Assembly (NCBI GenBank): GCA_963741955.1
Contig: CAVUKB010000005.1
Location: 1,248,001-1,312,000, forward strand
Source of the DNA: an uncultured Acidobacteriota bacterium
GTDB taxonomy: Bacteria; Acidobacteriota; Thermoanaerobaculia; Gp7-AA8
Reading direction: 5' to 3'
Length of the DNA: 64,000 bases
Shown here: positions 10,048 to 18,953 of the stretch, in pieces
Layout of the letters: every line of letters starts with the position of its first letter
How positions within the stretch are numbered: the stretch's first letter is position 1
The notes under the pieces: model-generated
Seen by the model: the letters and a program-made list of their open reading frames with translations, nothing else
Told to the model about the DNA's origin: nothing
Database searches by the model: none
Program-made: the position numbers and the translations under genes

Positions 10048-10739
10048 TTCGTTACCCCCGTCCTGGAGCGATGGACGAATCGGTCGATTCGCTCTTGATC
10101 CCGTTCACTCAGATTAGCAAATTCCAGCGCGAATCGTGGAGTCCCACCGGCAAATTCGGCTCGTATGAGACGAGCTTCCGCCCGGACCTCCACCGGATCA
10201 CCGGGAAGGAAGAAAGAGACCGAGAGCGCAGCATCGGGCGGCAGCTGCTGTCCCGATCGAACCAGAATCCCTCCCCGCGAAACGTTCACCGCGTCTCCGA
10301 GTACTCTCTGGGACGCAGTGGCACCCGACAATTCGATCCTGGTGAGCGTCCGCAGATCACGCCTGACCGGAACCGAAATCAGCCTGGCAATCTTGGCGTC
10401 GAGATCGGTCTCCAACTGCGTCGCGAGGACCGCGTCGTTACAACCCGCTGCCATGCAGAGGTCGGCGATCTCCGGCGGTCCCTCCACGACGAGCAGGAGA
10501 GACGTCTCCCTGACCTCTTCTTCTTCACGAACCAGCCGGCAGAACTCCGGCGGGGTCATGTCCGCCATGTCCGATCCGAAGATGACGAGACGAGGACGAT
10601 GTGTGCGGATGGCGAGTATCGCCTCCTCCCCGGAGGCGACCACCATCATCCGCTCCTCGTCACGAAGAACCATCGATCCGGCAGCCGGAAGAGCCGCGGA
10701 CCCTACGATCATGATTCTCGGAGACTGCGGATCGCTCAC
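10044..10739 (-). CDS. Degenerate receiver domain + PilZ domain protein
   Basis: N-terminal REC-like fold lacking the acidic pocket; PilZ motifs RRDLR (RxxxR) and NVSRGG (D/NxSxxG). Confidence 0.82.
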   Translation of the reverse strand: MSDPQSPRIMIVGSAALPAAGSMVLRDEERMMVVASGEEAILAIRTHRPRLVIFGSDMADMTPPEFCRLVREEEEVRETSLLLVVEGPPEIADLCMAAGCNDAVLATQLETDLDAKIARLISVPVRRDLRTLTRIELSGATASQRVLGDAVNVSRGGILVRSGQQLPPDAALSVSFFLPGDPVEVRAEARLIRAEFAGGTPRFALEFANLSERDQERIDRFVHRSRTGVTK

Positions 10740-11878
10740 ACCGAAATCTCCCTCAGCCGCGAGACGGCCGCGGCAAGGTCGATCAGAAGCAGATCGATCT
10801 GCTCATCGGTGTTGGACCGCCCGAGCCCGAACCGTATCGACGATATCGCCATCGCTCCCTCCACTCCGATCGCCTCGAGGACATGAGATGGATCGCGGTC
10901 ACCCGAACTGCATGCCGCTCCGGACGAAAGTGAGAAGCGTCGAAGCGCCATCATGATCGCTTCGGCATCGGCATGCTCGAAACTCACGTTGAGGTTACCT
11001 GGTAATCTTAACTCCCGCGGACCGTGGACGACAGTCCCGGGAATCTCGCCGACGATTCGTTCCCAGAGGCGATTGCGGAGGGCGGTCAGGCGGACCGCTT
11101 CGTCTGCCATCTCTTTCTCCCGAAGACGGAGGGCCTCCGCCATTCCGATGATCCCCGGAACGTTCAGGGTGCCGGACCGAATCCCTTTCTCCTGCCCTCC
11201 ACCGGTGATCAACGGGGGAACGCGCAAGCCCCGCCGGACGAATACCGCTCCGGTCCCTTTCGGTCCGTAAAACTTGTGCCCGGAAAACGAGAGGAGATCG
11301 CACGGAATCTCGCTCAGGTCGAGCGGTATCTTGCCGACCGCCTGAGTGGCGTCGGTATGAAAAGGGACACCCCGTCGGTGGCAAATCTCCGCGAGGGCTG
11401 CGAGAGGCTGGATCGTTCCGATCTCGCCGCTCGCTGCAATGATCGATACGAGCGACGTATCGTCACGGATCGCACGCTCGAGATCGGCGGGATCGATGAA
11501 ACCGTCCCTGTCGGGCTGAAGCAGGGTGACCTCGATTCCCTCGTTGCGGAGACGCGTGGCTGGGACGAGGACGGATTTGTGCTCCACCGCGGTGGTGATC
11601 AGATGCCGTCCCCGGAGCTCCGCGAGGCCATTCAACACGAGGTTGTTCGACTCTGTCGCACCGGCCGTGAAATAGATCTCGTTCGGACGGACGCGAAAGA
11701 AGCCGGCGATCACCGATCGTGCTTCCTCGACCGCCGTCGCGGCCCGGCGTCCGTGCGCATGTGTGACGGCAGACGGATTGCCGAATATCTCGCCGAAGTA
11801 GGGCACCATCTTTTCCACCACGCGCGGATCACAGGGGGTGGTCGAGTGGTGGTCGAGATAGATCGGATACTCGTTCAT
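10736..11878 (-). CDS. iscS: Cysteine desulfurase (IscS/NifS type)
   Basis: YLDHHSTTP, GNPS, GATESNN, EHKSV, HTDATQ, PLP-Lys motif SGHKFYGPKG, active-site SSGAACSS. The ATG at 11878 follows GAGG. Confidence 0.92.
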   Translation of the reverse strand: MNEYPIYLDHHSTTPCDPRVVEKMVPYFGEIFGNPSAVTHAHGRRAATAVEEARSVIAGFFRVRPNEIYFTAGATESNNLVLNGLAELRGRHLITTAVEHKSVLVPATRLRNEGIEVTLLQPDRDGFIDPADLERAIRDDTSLVSIIAASGEIGTIQPLAALAEICHRRGVPFHTDATQAVGKIPLDLSEIPCDLLSFSGHKFYGPKGTGAVFVRRGLRVPPLITGGGQEKGIRSGTLNVPGIIGMAEALRLREKEMADEAVRLTALRNRLWERIVGEIPGTVVHGPRELRLPGNLNVSFEHADAEAIMMALRRFSLSSGAACSSGDRDPSHVLEAIGVEGAMAISSIRFGLGRSNTDEQIDLLLIDLAAAVSRLREISV

Positions 11879-11892
11879 GGCTCGCCTCGTGG

Positions 11893-13194
11893 TCAACGGC
11901 GGCGGCCATGGTGCCGGCGCGATGGGGTGCGTGGCCGATCCACATCCTCGATTTTTCGGGCGCGCTGCGCGGCGACCTGCCACAACCGGAAAGTCTCCAC
12001 GTGAACGCCCGACGATAGAGCGTAGAGCTCGAACAGCGCGAGCGCCTCCTGGAATGGCTCCCGGAAGACGAACCGCCAGAGGCTTTTCCGATCCGAGGGG
12101 GGTTCGAGCAGCCGCCAGAGCGTCTCCAGATTCTGCTCGAGCTGGTGCCGGATCCCGGCCGGAACGGCAAAGCGCTGCAGAATCGGATGGACGATCTCGC
12201 GAATGAAAATGAGAACATCCCCGACGCGCATCCTACCGCCGCGCCGGCGCTCTTCCGCCTCGATCTGTCGCATGACGCATGGAAGGAGCAGCCCGGAAAG
12301 GAGCAGTGCGTCCGATGCCCTCCGCCCGGCCTGCACCGAACGATCGAGAACTTCCATCATCTTCCAGAAATACGATGAATCGTCTTCACGGAGCAGTTCG
12401 TACAGCTCCGGGATCAGTGCCTCCAGAAGCGTCGTCTCCAGCATCAGCTCCATTGAGTCGAGAGCCCACCCGCGACGCAGAAGCTCCAGGATCTCCTCGA
12501 GTACCCGCACCGCGGAGGCCTTCGTAATCTCATTCCGGTGCCGGACGAGAGCGTCGTACGTGTCGGCCTCGATCTCGAAATCGAGCCGCGCCGCAAACTC
12601 GACCGCTCGCATCATCCGCACCGGATCCTCACGGAAGCGGATGTCCGGATCTCCGATCACGCGGATCAATCTCTCATGGAGATCTTCGATCCCTCCCACG
12701 TAATCGATCACACTGAAATCGGCAATGTTGTAGAAGAGACCGTTGATGGTGAAGTCCCGGCGGCGTGCGTCCTGTACCGGAGTTCCGAACGTGTTGTCGT
12801 CCGTGACCAGCAGCTCTTCGTCCGCTCCGCGGTTCTCCGGTTCTCGCCGGAATGTCGAGCATTCGACGATTCCGTCCTGAAACAGGATGTGCACGAGCCG
12901 AAACCGGCGTCCGATGATCCGGCTGTTGCGGAAGAGGCGCCGGACCTGGGTCGGATGTGCGTCGGTCGCGACGTCGAAGTCCTTCGGAGTCCGATCCATC
13001 AGGAGATCGCGCACGCTCCCACCGCACAGATAGGCCCGGAACCCACTTCGATGAAGACGATAGAGGACTTTCAGAACGTTCTCCGGGATGTTTCGGCGCG
13101 AGATGCGGTGGTCAGACCGCTCGATCACGACGGCATCCGGATACACGGGGGCCGCTCTCTCGTCTCCATCTCCTTCGAAAAGTTCCTGACTCAT
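11893..13194 (-). CDS. pcnB: Poly(A) polymerase I
   Basis: GGSVRD, KDFDVAT, PAP signature IIGRRFRLVHILF (which distinguishes it from CCA-adding enzyme), RRDFTING, EDPVRMMRA, Arg-rich tail. Confidence 0.9.
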   Translation of the reverse strand: MSQELFEGDGDERAAPVYPDAVVIERSDHRISRRNIPENVLKVLYRLHRSGFRAYLCGGSVRDLLMDRTPKDFDVATDAHPTQVRRLFRNSRIIGRRFRLVHILFQDGIVECSTFRREPENRGADEELLVTDDNTFGTPVQDARRRDFTINGLFYNIADFSVIDYVGGIEDLHERLIRVIGDPDIRFREDPVRMMRAVEFAARLDFEIEADTYDALVRHRNEITKASAVRVLEEILELLRRGWALDSMELMLETTLLEALIPELYELLREDDSSYFWKMMEVLDRSVQAGRRASDALLLSGLLLPCVMRQIEAEERRRGGRMRVGDVLIFIREIVHPILQRFAVPAGIRHQLEQNLETLWRLLEPPSDRKSLWRFVFREPFQEALALFELYALSSGVHVETFRLWQVAAQRARKIEDVDRPRTPSRRHHGRRR

Positions 13195-13302
13195 GAATGA
13201 CCTGCGCGATCCCGGCCGCTGAGGGATCTGCTCATGCGCTGCTCTTCCGACCGAATCATACCCGACACCGGCGGTCGCCGTACGGGCCGGCTCACCCGGA
13301 GG

Positions 13303-14055
13303 TCACAACTCCTTGTCCGGGCCTTCGACGTGGTGATAGTCGCTGTCGATGATGAAGAACGTCCGGTACCACCTCGTCCGGGTGAAGAAGTGGGTCGCCA
13401 CACCGAGCAGAGCTTCGACCTTTCCCGTCGCTGTCGCGTTCTCGCTCTCGTACGAAGAAGGAGAGCGGTACGACCAGTAGACGAGCACCGGTTTGCCTTT
13501 GATCATCGACCGCGGCACGGTGCCCCAGTAACGCGAATCGTACGATTTGTCGCGGTTGTCGCCCATCATGAAGTAGGTTCCCGGAGGAACGGTGTACGGC
13601 CCGAACTGATCCCTGAGCCGGTAGACTTCGGGCAGCCCGGGATAGTCCCGATAGATCTCCGGATCCGAGTGGAGCGCGTACGGTTCAGCGAGAGCCTGCC
13701 CGTTGATATAGACGACCTTGTCGCGAATCGTCACCGTCTCGCCCGGCAGTCCGATCACCCGCTTGACGTAGTCGACCGCCGGATCCCGCGGGTAGCGGAA
13801 CACCGCGATGTCGCCGCGGTGGATCTCCCGGAACGGGAAGAACTCCTTGAATGCAGGAATTGCGGGAGGGCCATCGACGAACTTGTTGACGATGATGTGA
13901 TCGCCGACCAGCAGATTGTCCACCATCGAGGCGGTCGGAATCTTGAAGGCCTGAAAAACGAAAATGCGCGCGAAGTTCACGAAGATAAGCGCAATCAGAA
14001 GCGCTTCGAAATATTCGCGTGCAGTCGACTTCTTTGCCGCAGTTTCATCGCTCAT
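13303..14055 (-). CDS. lepB: Signal peptidase I
   Basis: One TM helix, IPTASM (catalytic Ser), YVKRVIGLPGE (catalytic Lys), GDNRDKSYDSRYWG. Confidence 0.95.
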   Translation of the reverse strand: MSDETAAKKSTAREYFEALLIALIFVNFARIFVFQAFKIPTASMVDNLLVGDHIIVNKFVDGPPAIPAFKEFFPFREIHRGDIAVFRYPRDPAVDYVKRVIGLPGETVTIRDKVVYINGQALAEPYALHSDPEIYRDYPGLPEVYRLRDQFGPYTVPPGTYFMMGDNRDKSYDSRYWGTVPRSMIKGKPVLVYWSYRSPSSYESENATATGKVEALLGVATHFFTRTRWYRTFFIIDSDYHHVEGPDKEL

Positions 14056-14058
14056 CGG

Positions 14059-15561
14059 CTATCGTTGCTCTCTTCCGAATTTTTCCCGCAGCACGCGCGA
14101 AGCGTACTCGTCGGGATCGAACTGCCGGGGGATCCGGATCACGCTCGAAACAGGCCCCGAGCTTCGGATCTGCACCGCGCTCCCCGAGACACTCCCTCTC
14201 CTTACCGGCAGAAGATACGTGAAATTCCATCCTGTCGGAGCGCCGGACAGCGCCACGGCTGCGGGGTCGTGCGCCACGACGACGATATTCGAGTGGTCAA
14301 CCCAGCCGAGATCGGCAACTTCGCTCCAGAACGCCTTCGTCAGCGCGCCATGTTCGCCTGGCACGACGAGGACTCCCGCGTCGGTATCCCGAACCACCGC
14401 CGCCCGCGCCGAGCTCCACGCGAGCGGATCGTCGTCGACCATCCAGAGGATCAGCGGATACTTCACCCCGTAACGGATCACCCGCGGAGGAATGAGGACT
14501 GCCGTCGTTCCCGGTGCGACGATCCGGTCGAGCGGCTCCTGATTCGAGAACTCCGATGCGACGACCACCGAGCGGTCACGGCCGGCGTACGTCATCGATT
14601 CGATCTTCGAGGACGCTTCGATCGACGACCAGGTGACGTAGAACTTTTCGGCTTTCGGTTCCCAGGCGATCCCCTGGATCGAAGCGTACGGAAGATCCGC
14701 GACGACCTCGAACCCGGTCGGGACATGGACGGTCCGGATGATCGCGCCATCCGGGAGACGGACGACGTACGAGATCTTGTGCCCTCGAGGAGCCCAGGTG
14801 ACCGTGGTCTCATCGGCCGGGTCCGGACCGATCCAGCGAATGTCCGACCCGTCGACCGTGACCAGACCGACGTCGTGCTGCGTTGCAGCGTTGCCTCCGG
14901 CGCGCCGAAGCGCAGAAACGACGATCTCGATCCCGTCGGGATCAGCCGCCCACGAATCGATCGAAGCGAGAGGCTCCGTGGTGATCGCCTGGCGGGTCCC
15001 TTCGCGATCGACGCGCGTGAGCTGCTCCCCGTCGCGGGTCGCTTCGATTCCGACCACGAATGGACGCTTCGGAAGAATCGCCGGCTGCCGCAGTCTCGGC
15101 AACTCGATCGTCGTCCCCTCCCGGTGCCACACGAGGCCATGATCGGTCGATTCGATGAAGTCGCTGGCGTTCAGGGCGGCGACGACATTCCGTCGCCGGA
15201 TCGTACCGTCCGGCTCGAGCCACGCCGCACCATCCGGGCCGTCCGCGACCAGACTGCCGTCAGAGAGAGAGCTCAGCCGGTCCGGACAGAACGAGAGCGG
15301 AGTCGGCCGGTGATCGCTCCTCCTCGCCAGACTCATTCTCTCCAGAACACAACCGTCCGGTTCACGAATGGCGTAGTAGAGACTCGCTCCGTCGTGAGAG
15401 ACCGTCGTCGCGACGATCATTCCGCCGTTCATTCCGGAAGGAGGGGCGAGCTTCACGGCGTCGGCGGGACGAACCTCTTCCTGGTTTCGAGGAGTCGAGA
15501 CGGCGGTAGTACATCCGGAGAGGATGAGAATGACGGAAAGGAGCCGAATCGCCCGCGGCAT
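14059..15561 (-). CDS. Lipoprotein with TolB-like beta-propeller and a degenerate S9-peptidase-like C-terminus
   Basis: Lipobox LSGC; W.PDG / W.P.G propeller repeats; 'LIPP....KYPLILW' resembles the start of an S9 alpha/beta-hydrolase domain. Confidence 0.6.
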   Translation of the reverse strand: MPRAIRLLSVILILSGCTTAVSTPRNQEEVRPADAVKLAPPSGMNGGMIVATTVSHDGASLYYAIREPDGCVLERMSLARRSDHRPTPLSFCPDRLSSLSDGSLVADGPDGAAWLEPDGTIRRRNVVAALNASDFIESTDHGLVWHREGTTIELPRLRQPAILPKRPFVVGIEATRDGEQLTRVDREGTRQAITTEPLASIDSWAADPDGIEIVVSALRRAGGNAATQHDVGLVTVDGSDIRWIGPDPADETTVTWAPRGHKISYVVRLPDGAIIRTVHVPTGFEVVADLPYASIQGIAWEPKAEKFYVTWSSIEASSKIESMTYAGRDRSVVVASEFSNQEPLDRIVAPGTTAVLIPPRVIRYGVKYPLILWMVDDDPLAWSSARAAVVRDTDAGVLVVPGEHGALTKAFWSEVADLGWVDHSNIVVVAHDPAAVALSGAPTGWNFTYLLPVRRGSVSGSAVQIRSSGPVSSVIRIPRQFDPDEYASRVLREKFGREQR

Positions 15562-15696
15562 CGGGCCCGATTCTATCACCCCGCGGAACCGCTCCCTGTC
15601 GATTGCACGCGAGTGCTCCAAAGCGATAGGATTCGCCCGCGAAGCCTCACGTCTTCTGCTTTGCACCTCATCCTCTCGAATCTTTCAGGAGGCAGT

Positions 15697-17328
15697 ATGT
15701 CCAACGGTATCGTTCACCCCCCGAAGCCAATCAACGAGCCGGTACTCTCGTTCGCGCCCGGCACTCCGGAACGAGCGGTTCTGAAGAAGAAACTCGGCGA
15801 GTTTCTCGCTGAGCAGATCGAGATCCCGCTGATCATCGGCGGAAAAGAAGTGCGGACCGGCCGCACCGCCAGGGCGGTCTGCCCTCACGACCACGGACAC
15901 GTGCTCGCCACGTACCATCAGGCCGGTCCGGACGAGGTGGCGCAAGCTGTCGCCGCTGCCCGCGAGGCGTGGAAGAGCTGGTCCGAGATGCCGTGGGAAC
16001 AGCGAGCGGCTGTGTTCCTCAAGGCAGCCGAACTTCTCGCCGGCCCATGGCGAGCGACACTGAACGCCGCCACGATGCTCAACCAGGCCAAGACGGTTCA
16101 CCAGGCCGAGATCGACTCCGCGTGCGAGACGATCGATTTCCTCCGATTCAATCCGTGGTACATGCGGTTCATTTACGAGCAGCAGCCGGAGAGCGCTCCC
16201 GGAACCTGGAACTATGTCGAGTACCGGCCGCTGGAGGGGTTCGTCTTCGCGGTCACACCCTTCAACTTCAGCTCCATCGCCGGCAATCTTCCGACCTCGC
16301 CCGCGATGATGGGCAACGTGGTTCTCTGGAAGCCGGCGTCGTCGGCCGTTTTCTCCGCCTATTACTTCATGAAGCTCCTCCAGGCCGCGGGTCTGCCGGA
16401 CGGAGTGATCAACTTCATCCCCGGTCGCGGAGGAGACGTCGGTGAGCCTGTTCTCGCCAGTCCTCATCTCGCGGGAGTGCACTTCACAGGTTCCACCGGA
16501 GTGTTCCAGGGGATGTGGAAGACCATCGGCGAGAACATCTCCACCTATCGAACCTATCCGCGCATCGTCGGCGAAACGGGCGGCAAGGATTTCGTCTTCG
16601 CGCACCCCACCGCGGACGTGCCCGCGCTCGCGACCGCGCTCGTTCGGGGATCGTTCGAGTATCAGGGGCAGAAGTGCTCGGCCGCATCTCGCGCCTACAT
16701 TCCGAAGTCGATCTGGCCCGCGACGAAGAAAGCTCTTCTCTCCCAGGTCGGCGAGATCCGAACCGGCGATCCGACCGATTTCAGGAACTTCTTCTCGGCG
16801 GTCATCGACAAGGGGGCGTATCGCACGATCATGGAGTACATCGATTTCGCGCGATCGTCGAAGGAAGCAGAGATCCTGATCGGCGGAAAGGGTGACGACT
16901 CGGTGGGCTATTTCATCGAACCGACCGTGGTGCTCACCACCAATCCCAATTTCAGACTGATCAAGGAAGAGATCTTCGGTCCGGTGCTGACGATCTACGT
17001 GTACGAAGACGCAAAGCTCGACGAGACACTCGAGAGCTGTGATACCTGCAGCCCTTACGGCCTCACCGGCGCCGTCTTCGCTCAGGATCGCGAGGCGATC
17101 GGCATGATGGCGCGCAGACTCCGCCATGCAGCGGGCAACTTCTACATCAACGACAAACCGACCGGTGCAGTGGTCGGGCAGCAGCCGTTCGGAGGTTCGA
17201 GAGCGTCCGGGACGAATGACAAGGCTGGCTCGTACCTCAACCTCACCCGTTGGGTCTCCCAGCGCGCGGTCAAGGAAACGTTCGTCCCCCCGACACACTT
17301 CTCCTATCCCTTCATGGGAGAGGAATAG
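15697..17328 (+). CDS. pruA: L-glutamate gamma-semialdehyde (P5C) dehydrogenase
   Basis: NEPVLSFAPGTPER, PFNF, FTGST, GETGGKDF, catalytic YQGQKCSA, EEIFGP, GSRASGTNDKAG. The ATG at 15697 follows AGGAGG; the 1364-aa ORF-track call is over-extended. Confidence 0.95.
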   Translation: MSNGIVHPPKPINEPVLSFAPGTPERAVLKKKLGEFLAEQIEIPLIIGGKEVRTGRTARAVCPHDHGHVLATYHQAGPDEVAQAVAAAREAWKSWSEMPWEQRAAVFLKAAELLAGPWRATLNAATMLNQAKTVHQAEIDSACETIDFLRFNPWYMRFIYEQQPESAPGTWNYVEYRPLEGFVFAVTPFNFSSIAGNLPTSPAMMGNVVLWKPASSAVFSAYYFMKLLQAAGLPDGVINFIPGRGGDVGEPVLASPHLAGVHFTGSTGVFQGMWKTIGENISTYRTYPRIVGETGGKDFVFAHPTADVPALATALVRGSFEYQGQKCSAASRAYIPKSIWPATKKALLSQVGEIRTGDPTDFRNFFSAVIDKGAYRTIMEYIDFARSSKEAEILIGGKGDDSVGYFIEPTVVLTTNPNFRLIKEEIFGPVLTIYVYEDAKLDETLESCDTCSPYGLTGAVFAQDREAIGMMARRLRHAAGNFYINDKPTGAVVGQQPFGGSRASGTNDKAGSYLNLTRWVSQRAVKETFVPPTHFSYPFMGEE

Positions 17329-17410
17329 CAGAGCCGATCCGGCCGGCGGGAGGACGATTGCACCCGTCCTCCCAGCCGTCCGGGCAGCCTCTCTGCACCA
17401 CGGGACGAGC

Positions 17411-18187
17411 ATGAAGACCGGCCTGCACCTTCTATTGTCCGCGGCGCTGCTATTCCTCCTCGCCGGCTGTTCACTCCTTCCCTGGTCGCATGAGCGCGGA
17501 AACGAAACGAATCTCGCATTCGATCTCGATCACAACCTCCTCATCGTTCCGGCACGGATCGAAGGGAAAGACGTCCGGCTCATCATCGCCTCCGCACAAC
17601 CCCAATCCGTTCTCTCGGCCGAGACCGCGCAGCGCATCTCTTTCGCTCCGGGGAAGAAGATCTCAGTTCTCCTCGGCGACCGAACTTCCGTACGGGTGAA
17701 GCCGCGAATCGCCGACCTCCACGGAATCGCGGACGGGATCCTCGGGATGGACGCGTGGTCGAGGCGTTCAATCACCATCGACTACCGGCGCGGACTCTTC
17801 ATCGTCAGTCGGAGCCAGGACGAGAATCTCCCCGGCAAGGTCTATCGCTTTCGCTCCAGGCCATCCATCCCCATCACCATCGGAGGGAGAAGCGTCACCG
17901 CCCTGGTCGACACCGCACTACCGGATACGGTGGTCCTTCCCGAGAGCTCACGAATCGACGCCGGGAGAGGGTCTCCCCGTTCGACTCTTCCCCTCACCGT
18001 CGGTGATGTCGACCTCGGAGAGCTCGACGTCGGGTACGCGAGCTCGAAGTTCGCATACGTGGGTAACCGCGTCCTTGCGAACTTTCTCCTCACGATCGAT
18101 TACCGGAGGGACCGTCTGAGTCTCTGGCCGTATCCCGAACCGATCTCGGGATCAGGGGACTCGCACCCGTCCTCTCACGTTCGATGA
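17411..18187 (+). CDS. Lipoprotein with two retropepsin-like aspartyl protease lobes
   Basis: Lipobox LAGC; lobe 1 ends DGILG..ITIDYRRG, lobe 2 has LVDTA and VGNRVL..LTIDYRR. Confidence 0.7.
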   Translation: MKTGLHLLLSAALLFLLAGCSLLPWSHERGNETNLAFDLDHNLLIVPARIEGKDVRLIIASAQPQSVLSAETAQRISFAPGKKISVLLGDRTSVRVKPRIADLHGIADGILGMDAWSRRSITIDYRRGLFIVSRSQDENLPGKVYRFRSRPSIPITIGGRSVTALVDTALPDTVVLPESSRIDAGRGSPRSTLPLTVGDVDLGELDVGYASSKFAYVGNRVLANFLLTIDYRRDRLSLWPYPEPISGSGDSHPSSHVR

Positions 18188-18907
18188 GTGAACGCCGCCG
18201 CTTCCCGCGTTCCCGACGGTGAAGTCGCCGCCCACGTCGGCAACGTCGATGCTGCCGGAGCCGTCATCGTCGATCCTCACGTCGCGCACCACTTTCCGGA
18301 TCTCGATCGAACCGGAACCATCTTCGGTGATGTGAACACTCCCGACCCCGGCGATCTCGATTCCTCCGGATCCGTCCGACAGAGTGACATTCCCTCCGAC
18401 GTTCTGCACGCGCAGTTCGCCGGAGCCGTCTTCGATCTTCACGTCGCCGGTAATGTCGCGAACTTCGAGCGCACCCGAACCGTCATCGACATCTGCCGCT
18501 GCGACACCGGAGATGGTCGTCTCCCCACTCCCGTCATGCACCACGAGCTTCACCGATCGCGGAACCTCCACAGCCAGATCGAGCTTCGCTTCGTAATAGC
18601 CGATATGGAATCCGCTGTCCGGCATCTTCGCTTTGACGCGAATCTCGTTCCCCGACCGCGTGATCTCAATGTCGATTCCTGCGAGGATCGACTCGCTCGA
18701 TGCGCATGCGTCTCCACGAGCCGCGACCATTTTCGAGTCCGTCCCCTTGATCACCAGGCTTCCTGCCCCCGCTTCCACTCTCACGACCGAAACTCCATCG
18801 GCGTTCATCGTGCCGCTCCGTTTCGCGGAATGCGAACAATCCCACGAGGCCCACGCCGGCGCCGCCATCGCCGCAATACTCATCACCAGAATCACCTTCT
18901 TCCACAT
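18152..18907 (-). CDS. Secreted DUF4097-like (adhesin-type beta-strand repeat) protein
   Basis: Signal peptide MWKKVILV..AWA; repeated (D/E/H/S)DGSG units. The ATG at 18907 follows GGAGGTG. Confidence 0.78.
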   Translation of the reverse strand: MWKKVILVMSIAAMAAPAWASWDCSHSAKRSGTMNADGVSVVRVEAGAGSLVIKGTDSKMVAARGDACASSESILAGIDIEITRSGNEIRVKAKMPDSGFHIGYYEAKLDLAVEVPRSVKLVVHDGSGETTISGVAAADVDDGSGALEVRDITGDVKIEDGSGELRVQNVGGNVTLSDGSGGIEIAGVGSVHITEDGSGSIEIRKVVRDVRIDDDGSGSIDVADVGGDFTVGNAGSGGVHSSNVRGRVRVP

Positions 18908-18953
18908 GCAATCACCTCCACCCACCACATACGCAGAGCTCGGGCGAAAGTTG

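Noticed and set aside
13234-15696. 1364-aa ORF suggesting a giant N-terminal fusion to PruA
   Set aside because: The first ~820 codons are the antisense shadow of lepB and the lipoprotein gene. The real start at 15697 has an AGGAGG SD and matches PruA N-termini.
18200-18560. Repeated CCGTC/GATC units resembling a DNA repeat array
   Set aside because: They encode the DGSG protein repeats of the DUF4097-like gene; there are no constant repeats with unique spacers, so this is not CRISPR.
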